Assembly: GCA_010093745.1 (NCBI GenBank)
Contig: MU005984.1
Coordinates: forward strand, 124,001-188,000
Direction of reading: 5' to 3'
Origin: Piedraia hortae CBS 480.64
Lineage: Eukaryota
DNA: 64,000 nt
The notes under the pieces were generated by a model. That model was not told where the DNA came from. It was given only the letters and a program-made list of their open reading frames with translations, and ran no database searches. The position numbers were made by a program, and so were the translations under genes. Positions 24,156 to 33,736 of this stretch are shown one piece after another; within the stretch, counting starts at the first letter, position 1; every line of letters begins with the position of its first letter.

Positions 24156-24908
24156 CTACCACTGTCGGCTCCTCCGTCTCCCGCTCACGTCTAGCCGTTT
24201 CCACATACCTACATGAGGGATTCCCTCTTCTTCCCACTCGCCCATTTCCTTGTCTAGCTTGAAGCCGTACCGCTCCCAGACCCGCTTGGCGCCCACCTGG
24301 GAATGCAGCAGCACAAGGCCGTTCCAATCAAACTCTTTACCACCACCCGAGCTTTGCCGAAGCGCCTCCAACCGCGTGGGATCGCAGTATGGGAGCACGT
24401 CTGACGAATGATCGCGTGCGTGGGTGAGCGCAGTGTCAATTAGCAGCCGGGATATGCCGGCCTTGCGAAAGTCTTTGAGCACCGCAAGTCGGCCTAGCTT
24501 GATATACGCCTCGTCTGTGTGCACCGCTGATTTTGCTCCCGGTGGAATGTGCGGTGTGTGCGGCGGAGGCACCAGCCTAATGGTGCCAATTGGCATCTTG
24601 GTGCTTGTACTTGAACGGCGGCCATCAGCAGGCCGATTCTTGGAAGCAACCGAAGCGTAGGCGACCCAATGGAAACTTCGCCGGTCATCCTCGTCCAGCT
24701 CGTTTTCTCGTGGCACCCCTTGCTCCTTGACAAACACATCGTCTCTCACCACCATTGCGTCGATAAACCCTTGCGAGATGGCCTTCGATGCGTCAGCGGC
24801 ATCGTTGGCTGGCTGGTCATTGGGCGGCTTGCTGCGGTCGTAGAGGTTCAAGCTATGGCCCGGAGGAGCAATGAAATCGATAAATTCAGAACGTCCCCCA
24901 AACACCAT
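24156..24908 (-). CDS. GNAT-family acetyltransferase
   Basis: VRDDVFVKEQGVP, IKLGRLAVLKDFRKAGIS, WERYGF, EEEGIPHVGMW. Confidence 0.88.
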   Translation of the reverse strand: MVFGGRSEFIDFIAPPGHSLNLYDRSKPPNDQPANDAADASKAISQGFIDAMVVRDDVFVKEQGVPRENELDEDDRRSFHWVAYASVASKNRPADGRRSSTSTKMPIGTIRLVPPPHTPHIPPGAKSAVHTDEAYIKLGRLAVLKDFRKAGISRLLIDTALTHARDHSSDVLPYCDPTRLEALRQSSGGGKEFDWNGLVLLHSQVGAKRVWERYGFKLDKEMGEWEEEGIPHVGMWKRLDVSGRRRSRQW

Positions 24909-25115
24909 GGTGCATCAGAGTGTTGACCAAATGATCTTCGCCACTGATATCTCTGTTCTTTATGCAGCCCCGCTCCAATGACGTCAGCGCGGGGAATGGT
25001 GGGGGCTGAGTCAGCTGCGTTGGGTCAGCAGAAAGTATGCGTTAACTTTAGCGTATCATAACGTAACCATTTCCATATCTTAAGCCTGCGTTGCAAGACA
25101 ACCTTCCTAAACAAA

Positions 25116-25630
25116 ATGTTGGCTCCGCGCATGGTAAGCTGGAACTTGGGACCACTAAACCGCCTAACTCTTCTACCCAGCTATCACGCGAGGAAGAGGC
25201 TCAAATGGGCATGGAGAAAGAAGTACGCAAGGAAGACCAGGGCCGAATCAATCGCTTCAGCCGCCTCCACGGACACCAAAAATCTCTGGAAGATGATCTG
25301 AAGGCCAAAGAGGTTGGTTCTAACGCCAGTTCAGCTCGCTACCTGCCTTGAACTGACGGCAAATGGTAGAAGGAGAGAGAGGAGACAGAAGAAATGTCGA
25401 ACGAGCTAGAGCTAGCGGACGAAGATGAAAAGGTGGCTTACAAAATTGGAGATTCGTTCTTCATGCTGCCGGTAGGACGGGTGCAGGACCTCTTATCAGA
25501 ATCAGCAGAACGGATTGCAGCAGAGACGAAAACGCTGGAAGCCAAGTTGACAACACTGCGGGAAGAAATGAGCGAGCTCAAATCAGCCCTATACGGACGT
25601 TTCGGTCAGAGCATTAATCTGGAAGCTTGA
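25116..25630 (+). CDS. GIM3: Prefoldin subunit 4
   Basis: MLAPRM / intron 25134-25180 / LSREEE..EVRKEDQGRINRFSRL / intron about 25313-25369 / ..YKIGDSF..LKSALYGRFGQSINLEA*. Confidence 0.92.
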
Positions 25631-26114
25631 GATCCATGGCGAATGCCAGGATATCTTTCAAAACCACCCTATTTGGCTTCGGGAATGAGCTAAAGTAGTT
25701 GAAGCTCATCCATGGCGTCGAGGATATGAATTGTGCGGGCTTTGGTTGCACCCAAGAACCCACACGTGTCGATTTCTCCTTGGAACCACTTTCATTGCGC
25801 CATCGCAGCCAAATCCCTTTCCCTTCTACAGAATGTTTCGAAAGGACCAATTAGGGACCCGCCCATACCTCAAAATCAATCACTATAGAAGCGTCAGCAA
25901 TCGCATTAGATCTCGTATCAACTTCGTTGACGGTTGACTTCCTGTGTGGCCGCCGTTTGCATTTACTTCTCTCTCCTCCCGATCCCACCTGTTAGTAGGT
26001 ATAATTCGAGCGTAAAACCAAATTGTCCACCTGTCGGACAATATGTCTGGAACTTGGTAGTTACTTATTTCTGGCGAGTTTATATAATGAATATTCATGA
26101 TCTTAGATAAGTAA

Positions 26115-26217
26115 GGGCGGTTGGCGCAATGGTAGCGCGTTGGTTTTCGGTCTTGGACTCAAATTGGTCGTAAGGGTTGATCACCAAAGGCTGAGGGTTC
26201 GAGCCCCTTGCTGCTCG
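26115..26217 (+). tRNA. tRNA-Arg(TCG) with a 31 nt intron (26151-26181)
   Basis: Acceptor GGGCGGT/GCTGCTC, D arm GCGC-AATGGTA-GCGC, anticodon stem TTGGT/ACCAA with TT-TCG-G, T arm GAGGG-TTCGAGC-CCCTT, downstream oligo-T Pol III terminator. Confidence 0.88.
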
Positions 26218-26943
26218 CTACTTTTTTTATCTACGAGACAGATAAATCGTCAACCTTTGAAGCAACGCAACGAAGGCCGCACCGGCTTTGGAATTCTGGG
26301 GGTTTTTTGCACCTGTTGAATTACTCATGACCAAACTGAACTCTTCACTGATCTGCGAACGCAGTATGAACGATATTCTCGTATCAAACCACATAAAGCC
26401 CAGACAAAGGGGCCGTATGAATAAATTCCTGTTGATCCAATCCATATGTACGGCATACGAATCTCCAAAGCAATAACATTGTGAACACTCGCCGGCATGC
26501 TTCCAACAAACTAGTGAACAGTATCTAACCATACTCGCTTCCAAAGATTATACAGGGAAGTCACTTGGGAGCAACACCAGTGTGTATGATTTCGTTGGGC
26601 CAATTCTGACAGTTGCTTTCCTGCTGTGACTGACCGTTGCTTTAGGCAGAATATGTCGCCTTATTTTGACATGTTGCACTTCAACGCTTCGCACTGATGA
26701 TCTTCATCCCAGCCTTCGCAATGAACCCATTTTAATGTCGTACGATGCTTCCAGTTGGAGACCGAGCTATAGTATAGCTACTCAAACGTGGCACAATCAA
26801 CATAAGAAGGCACAAAGTAACAATCATGAAACCGCTCTTGTAGTATCTTATAAATTCTTCGCCGCCGAACGAACGCTTTTGATACATACTGTTGCTATTC
26901 TATCAACCTTCAGCGCCTATAAGTCTAAGATTTTACTTAATCG

Positions 26944-27623
26944 TCAAGTCCTCATATGCATAGGGTTCATTTTCTCTCACTGCTTGTCTGCTCCGTAAAT
27001 ACGAATTGCAGCATTCAGGTCCCAATTGCTTCATTCTAGATAAAAGACGGCCACGTCATAGCTAACAATTGAATCAGGAGAACCATGGTCAAATAGAGTC
27101 GGCACTTACTCAATGACCTTGCAAGCAATCATCCAGCGTCTTATTTTACGTTTCCTGGCGTCGGCTTCTTCACCTTCCACTGGAGACGGCGACAAGGAAA
27201 CACTTGCAGTGTAGTGAGAGCCAGGAATCAACACTGTCACTCTTGCTTGTATCAAATGACCTGAAAATATGCTGTTCTTCTTCCGCAAAACATCTACTGG
27301 GACGTTGTAGGATAGTGCCAAGCTTGCTATGGTATCATCAGGAGACAGAAAGTGAAGAACGTCGGGAGCAGGTTCATCTTTCTTCTTGACTAGCTGTAAC
27401 CGACTGGAAGATGGGTATGCTGGCAGCTCGTCCTCGATGTGTTCGGCTCGAGAAGTATATGAGGGTGGGTTGGACGTGGCTTGGCAATGGGCGCAATAGG
27501 TTTCGAAGCGTGGATTCGCTCTCAAGCGGCGCAGGCAGATGCATCTGCCGCAACAAAGCAATTCCCTACCGGACGTGGTTTTCTCGTTAAAATAGCGGCA
27601 CAGGTTGCGCAAAAGGCAATCAT
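26944..27623 (-). pseudogene. Pseudogene of a non-secreted Cys-rich/LysM/UBA-like protein
   Basis: LysM core VLHFLSPDDTIASLALSYNVPVDVLRKKNSI..VLIP; frameshift after MIAFCATCA (about 27595); in-frame TGA at 27031-27033 and 26977-26979 in the last exon after intron 27062-27109. Confidence 0.78.
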
Positions 27624-27825
27624 GTTGGAAGATTGATTAACATTGATGGAACAGGGGGGTTCTGCATAGGGGTAATTGTTTGATCCGGACGGGCGGAAAT
27701 AAAGACGTTATCTTACGTTAGAAATGATACTGCGCCATGCCAAAAATGGCAACAACATGAGTCGATCCCCTGCGCAGCCGCGCTCGAATTAATGCGCCGA
27801 CAGCCATTGTTCCATCCTCAACAAC

Positions 27826-29181
27826 ATGAACAGTTCACTCCCGCTGCTTCCCAGATACTCTTTGACGCCTCTTCCACCGGTCATTCCGGGGGTGGCAGAT
27901 CCGATCCTCGCTCTAGCGCTTCCCGTGGTCGCATACTGGGTCGTCTCGCTCGTTTTCCATGCAATCGACATGTGGGATCTGTTCCCGCAGTACCGTCTGC
28001 ACACGCCTGCTGAGGTGCTGAAGCGGAACCATGTGTCTCGGTGGGAAGTATTACGGGACGTTGTGGTGCAGCAGATTATCCAGACGGCCGTCGGCCTGGC
28101 CTTAACATACACGGAGTCAGAGCTCATGACGGGCGACGAAGACTACAGAGTTGCCGTGTGGGCGCAGCGGATTCGAAAGTCGGAACAGCTCATTCCGGGC
28201 TTACTCGGCTTCTTTGGCGTAGATGCTGCGGGCCTGGCGGAGAAGGTAGGAAGCGAGGCCCTCAGCGGCGCACTCAAGGGCGGAGTGTACTCGGATCAGC
28301 TCGATTTTGCCGTGTGGGAACTCGTAGCGGCCGGCTTCATCTACCACTGGGTCATCACTTTCTTCCAGTTCTTGCTGGCCATGATGATCGTAGACACATG
28401 GCAGTACTTTCTCCACCGCCTGATGCATACCAACAAGTACCTCTACACACGCTTCCACTCCCGCCATCACCGGCTGTACGTGCCTTATGCCTACGGTGCG
28501 CTGTACAACCATCCGTTCGAGGGCTTTCTTCTCGATACGCTGGGCACCGGCATCGCATTCCTGGTCAGTGGCATGACTGTGCGCCAATCCATGTGGTTCT
28601 TCACTCTCAGCACTATCAAGACGGTCGATGATCATTGCGGATATAGGTTCCCACTCGATCCTCTGCAGCACTTCACTAGCAACAATGCGGCCTACCACGA
28701 CGTGCATCACCAGAGCTGGGGCATCAAAACAAATTTTTCCCAGCCATTCTTCACCTTCTGGGACAAAGCGTTAGGAACCAAGTGGGCGGGTGGCGACGTT
28801 TCAGTACGTTACGAGCGCTCGCGTATTGCAGCTCAGAAACAGCTTGACGCCGAGACTTTGGCCATCAAAGCAAGTCCCTATGTTTCCGAAGCTGCGCACG
28901 CTTCTTCCACCGCTTTTGCTGCACAGGCCGTTGCAGAGCCCAGCATTCCGCGAGGATTGCCCGCCCTTCAGGCCCTTGCCGGGAGACAGCAGGTGCTTGA
29001 CGACCGCGAGGGTGGCGGAATCACGGCTCTGGCAGAGGAATCGGCCGAAGAAATTCGTGCAAAGTGCAACGTTAAGAGCCCGAAAAAGTCAATCGGCCTA
29101 AAAGACTTTGTTGGCAGAGTCAGCGTGGGCGATGGCAGCGCTCACGGCAAAAATAATGTCCTGGGGCTTGACGGGCGGTAG
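27826..29181 (+). CDS. SUR2: Sphinganine C4-hydroxylase (fatty acid hydroxylase superfamily)
   Basis: DTWQYFLHRLMH, HSRHHRLYVPYAYGALYNHPFEG, KTVDDHCGY, YHDVHHQSWGIKTNFSQPFFTFWD. Confidence 0.95.
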   Translation: MNSSLPLLPRYSLTPLPPVIPGVADPILALALPVVAYWVVSLVFHAIDMWDLFPQYRLHTPAEVLKRNHVSRWEVLRDVVVQQIIQTAVGLALTYTESELMTGDEDYRVAVWAQRIRKSEQLIPGLLGFFGVDAAGLAEKVGSEALSGALKGGVYSDQLDFAVWELVAAGFIYHWVITFFQFLLAMMIVDTWQYFLHRLMHTNKYLYTRFHSRHHRLYVPYAYGALYNHPFEGFLLDTLGTGIAFLVSGMTVRQSMWFFTLSTIKTVDDHCGYRFPLDPLQHFTSNNAAYHDVHHQSWGIKTNFSQPFFTFWDKALGTKWAGGDVSVRYERSRIAAQKQLDAETLAIKASPYVSEAAHASSTAFAAQAVAEPSIPRGLPALQALAGRQQVLDDREGGGITALAEESAEEIRAKCNVKSPKKSIGLKDFVGRVSVGDGSAHGKNNVLGLDGR

Positions 29182-29525
29182 CCATGCCTAATGTGTAATG
29201 GAGTCAACAGTACGTTTTGGTGTCTTGAATGGGGATGGGTCTAGGAGTATGGGCGTTGCTCTTGCGTGGATTGGCTGATTTTGGCACTGTACCTATCGCA
29301 TTGTACTTTACTTTATCCGTCTGTATGTGGATGGAGCTTTCCTCAAAACATGTACAAAAATTTTCGGGCGTCTTGGCGCTGCCGATCCTGCCTATTTTGG
29401 AAGGCTGCCATCATCCAAGTCCTAACCCTAAAACGTCTATGGCCCCTTGGATCAAGGTTCAAAACTAGTACCGGTCTCGTCCCAGCGTATTCATATCATA
29501 TGACAGTTCCCTTCCTTCTTCTCGC

Positions 29526-31325
29526 ATGGACCAACTGGTAGACCCGAACCGTGCTGACTGGCGTTTTGGTGGCCAAGTCCTTCTCATACTTCGTTTCCTT
29601 TCAACACTGATATGGAGTATTTTCACCCCTCCACACCGCACTTTCCCAGCACGGGTATTGCTCTTTCAACCCGCCTGGATCGTTCGCATGTATTGCCGTA
29701 GTCATGGGTGGATGAGTGACTTGAACCTCTTCCTCAATGTCTATTCGATTTATTCGCTCTTCACTGGCGCCTGGAGGCTTTGTAGTACCAGTGATTTTGC
29801 ATGGCTAGATCTCAAGGACGGAACAATGCAGAAGCATCTGCAAGTTTTTTCCCTTTTAGGCATGTGCGGGCTTTTTGCTGGTGGAATTGTGGGTAGAGAG
29901 CGATTTCTCGCAAGTGGGAAGGGGGAGGGAAAGGGTGACAAGACCATAGAGGAACAACTGCTCCCGCCATTATGCATGCATTGCCGAGTGAGCCTATTAC
30001 AAGGAGAGCCGTGGTCAATGGTTTATATTGGAATCCCGGTCGGAGATAATAAGCAGCAGGAGGCGGTTCAACATACCAAATGGTGGATCACCGTAAATCC
30101 AGCCAATCATCTGCGACAGTACAACTCGCGTCTTTCCCTTGCAGAAAAACTTGCATTGTTCCTGCAGAAGAACGGCATTGATGACGGCGATTGTGCGTTC
30201 GCATACCTTGTCACTCCGCCAAGCATTCTAGGATATGATCCAGCATTGGCGTCTTTCTGGTATCTGTACGACTCGGAAACAGTGCTAAAACACATTATAT
30301 TGGAAACACATGACGGAAATCCAGCCTACTTGCTCTCCGCAGCCGAGAAAACCGACCTTGTCAGCGAGAAACAGATGTTCCTTGATCGATCTTCGGCATC
30401 ATCTTCACAGCCGCTGTCCATCCTCGCTGCGGACCCGCTAACATGTGCCGGAAATTTTGATAACACCATCTGTGCAGACATGGTTGTTGCACAGCTTTGG
30501 TCGGACCCCAACCTTGAAGTTTCGATGCACCTGCTTGTGTCAAACTTTGTTCTCCTGGTTCAGAATGCGCTGCGGTGGCATGGACGTGGCTTAGCCTTGG
30601 AGCCTACTCAGTCGGCTGCTGAGCCTGACTACTCATTTGACGAGCAAAACTTAGAAGAGACCTTTCAACGGTTTTTGTCGTATGCTGTAAAGGGATGCAT
30701 TCAGCCATTATATCTGATTTACAAGCCTGCCAGAGATGATGCTGAAATTTGTATACGTTCGCCAAGCCTAGATGACAACGCGAAGCAGATGGATGGCAAC
30801 ACTCTGAAGATCGCAATCACAAACCCAGCGTTTTATTCACGGTTTGTTAAGTATCCTTTGGCCGAAGAGGCTTTTGAGAAGGAAGCTGGACGCACGTGTT
30901 GAATTGAAAACGAAAAGTTGATTTCGTCCCTGCTAGCACCATTTGCTACCAAGGCCTCAAACGAAACGGGTGGCATTCTCTGGCGCCTCCTCCCACAGCT
31001 CCGCACGCCGGCTGCTGCACCATCTGAAATTGATCGCTTTGCACAAACGCTTTCCCGCAATGAACGCAGCTTGTACCGTCGAACAACAACCAAGCTTCTC
31101 CTTGCGCAGTGTTTTGCTTTCAACTCTCCACGGTTGCTCGACGCACTAGACATGAGTCTGCGAATCGCTTTGCTTGTTGCAAGCATGATTCTTTCCGATG
31201 ATTCTTCAAACCGGGCGATCGACATTTTCCGGCCTAGGACTTACGGATGGAATGATTTGGGGACCTTTGCTGAGATGATGGCCATGGCAAACGCGATACA
31301 TGTATATAGTTGGATGAAATGGTAA
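29526..31325 (+). pseudogene. Divergent DUF1365-like membrane protein interrupted by one in-frame TGA (30900-30902)
   Basis: YIGIPVG, FAYLVTPPSILGY..SFWYLYD..IILE, NPAFYSRFVKY; ORF 30918-31325 is in the same frame directly after the stop. Start uncertain. Confidence 0.55.
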
Positions 31326-31479
31326 AGGTTGAATGATATAGACGTGATAGCTCTTGCTTGTGGTTCATTGGTGGAATGTGTTTTTATCATACGGCAATGA
31401 GGCTGATACAAAGTCAAGGAAACCGCGAATGAATTTGATGCCAATCACAGCGCACACAACCACCCCGAAATGAGTCTAC

Positions 31480-32028
31480 CTAATCCTCTTTCTTCTTATC
31501 TCCCACCTCAACTCCCATGCTCTCCAACAATTCACCGACGGTATTGACGATGACTGCGTGGTCCATATCCTGCGTAAGTCCGGAAACAACGACGACAGCA
31601 ACGACGCCTTCCACACCGCGCACTCTGACTGGCCATCCTCCGCCATGAATGGCGTAATCTACTGCTCCCTGCGGGCCCAGGCCGTATTTTGCGGCAAAAG
31701 TAGTCTCGTCTCCTTTGAACTTGTTATGCATATACCACGTGCTCCGGCTGAAGCGCAGGACGGTGTTGCGCTTACGCGTCACCCATCTGTCATTATCAGG
31801 TGCGGTACCCGAGTTAGTGACACAGTGGAATAGGCAGTGGCCGCCCTGCGCGAGGCTGATGTCAACCACGGCCGGCTTTGCGGGCGCAACCGCGAGCAGT
31901 TTGCTGCGGAGTGCGGTGCCCAGCTCCCAAGCCGTTTGAGAAGTGAATGAGGGAAACATCAGCGCGTGGTCAAAGGCCTCTATAGCCTCGAGCTCGCGTG
32001 CAGGCGGCTGAAGAGTTTCGCCCGACAT
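31480..32028 (-). CDS. UPF0303 / haem-degrading GlcG-HbpS-like family protein (YBR137W-like)
   Basis: FTSQTAWELG, GTAPDNDRWVTRKRNTVLRFSRSTW, YAIHGGGWPVRVRGVEGVVAVVVVSGLTQDMDH. Confidence 0.85.
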   Translation of the reverse strand: MSGETLQPPARELEAIEAFDHALMFPSFTSQTAWELGTALRSKLLAVAPAKPAVVDISLAQGGHCLFHCVTNSGTAPDNDRWVTRKRNTVLRFSRSTWYMHNKFKGDETTFAAKYGLGPQGAVDYAIHGGGWPVRVRGVEGVVAVVVVSGLTQDMDHAVIVNTVGELLESMGVEVGDKKKED

Positions 32029-32144
32029 GTTTCCGATGGAGTGGTGGAGAAGTGTCAACGACCACTGCAATCGTCGAGGCACGCAAGTGACAACTGATCA
32101 ATACTTTCTTACCGACTAGGCAACGGTGGAAGCCCGAGGTTGGT

Positions 32145-33247
32145 TCAGTTCCCGGCCTCGCTGGTCTCCACTTGTCCACTTTTCTCCGCCTCCACCGGTT
32201 TCGGCTTGCGCCGCTCGAGAACTATCAAAGTCCCCCTCCCAAGTATCACCACCAGCCAGTAGAGATTGCAAGCCACAACGCTGCCGTAGGTAGCTGAGTT
32301 CTGCCATCCAATAACTGCATAGAACATGCCCCAGCCTTCCTTCGTAGGTTGGCAGCAATTGACATGCCATACGCTCTGGTGTACATCGTACGAGTCAGGT
32401 CCAGGACTCAACTCGATAGAATCACCTCCGGTTGCTTTGACCCATGCATGGTTCTCAAGACTCCAGATAGCTTTGGAGAATAACCCTGTTCCGTAAGCAT
32501 ATTTCCGATGGACTTCTTTGGGTGTGCCGTAGCCGCAGTAACCAGATGAAATGCACATGCAGAGAGGATGAAGAGGAATTGCAACCTGAGAGCTGAACCC
32601 CCACTGGGAGTTATCAGCCAGTTGGCTGGATGTTAGATATGACCTACCAATAAATGACATACCCTACTGCAAAGCCTGCCGTGAGCCCTGCTACCACGGC
32701 CAAAGGATATGTTTGAGCCGGAAAGCCAAGTCCAACTCCGCCGATAAAAGACGACCATCTCAAGACCTGTACGCAGAGCAGTGACTAGTGGTAGCATAAA
32801 TATGGCATATCGCCCAATCTAACGCGCGATTGTTGTTCCAGCTCCTTCATTGGGGTTTTCGCGTGAAAATACCATTGTGCAATTTCCTTGCAAGTGATCA
32901 AGCAGTAAGAAGACAACACCCATGGGGGAAATGATGAGGACGGCGAGTAAGCTTAACACGCCATCCCGTATATCATGGATCCTTGCAAAGTAGTTATAAT
33001 CGCGGCCGTAATAAGCCCCGATAAAACCGGCACCAATGCCAAGCCAGACTTGACGAACGAACTTGTTAAAAACGTTGACGCGTATTTTCAATTTCAAAGC
33101 TTGCTTGATGCACACAAGAAGCACCGACGCAATTATTGCAACTTCGAGGAATCCCCTGAAGCACACGAAGAAGAATGCCATTATCAGCACTTGCAAGTCA
33201 ACATTGCAGATGTACCTGCCAGGGACTGCAAAGACATTGAAGCCCAC
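32145..33247 (-). pseudogene. FTR1: High-affinity iron permease FTR1/FtrA pseudogene
   Basis: NVFAVP, VRQVWLG, YAIFMLPLVTALRTGLE, IGGVGLGFPA, GLFSKAIW, SYDVHQSVWHVNCC, GWQNSATYGSV; apparent start codon GTG, in-frame TAG 32819-32821, +1 frameshift in the T run at about 32746-32749, both RExxE motifs mutated. Confidence 0.9.
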
Positions 33248-33736
33248 CTTGTAATGCGGATTCTGTCTATGGTCCTCAGTGAAGATGGTCCGGAACATTT
33301 GCTTTCCTACCTCCGACGAAGTAGTACCATGGGACGACTTTTAAAGTGATACAATAGCTATTACACAATTGTTCAGGACCACCTGCCGAGTATCACAGGC
33401 ACATGGCCCTTTCAACCTGTTACTAGATTACGGAAACCTGCGTATGGGTCCTACGCTCCGCCAATGACTAGCCTGCGCAACTAGAAGAGATACATTGGTA
33501 ACCATGTCTGGGGCATTATGAAACCCAATATCTTGGCGGATATACTGGACTGTCAAGTTTTGAGCTGGCACGAAAGCATGCGACCAGTCTATCATTTCGC
33601 GCTCACCACATGTTGTGTACCAAGCCATGTCGAATGCAAAAAGATCTTGAAACGTCGCGTTGGACAACCACCATCAACAAATTCTCCATCCACCTTATCT
33701 TCCCAGATCATGCACTACCAATTTCCAACTTTAACC

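Noticed and set aside
33250..33736. SreA iron-repressor sites between FTR1 and FET3
   Set aside because: Only isolated GATA cores (e.g. AGATAA on the minus strand near 33695); no intact ATCWGATAA, so not distinguishable from chance.
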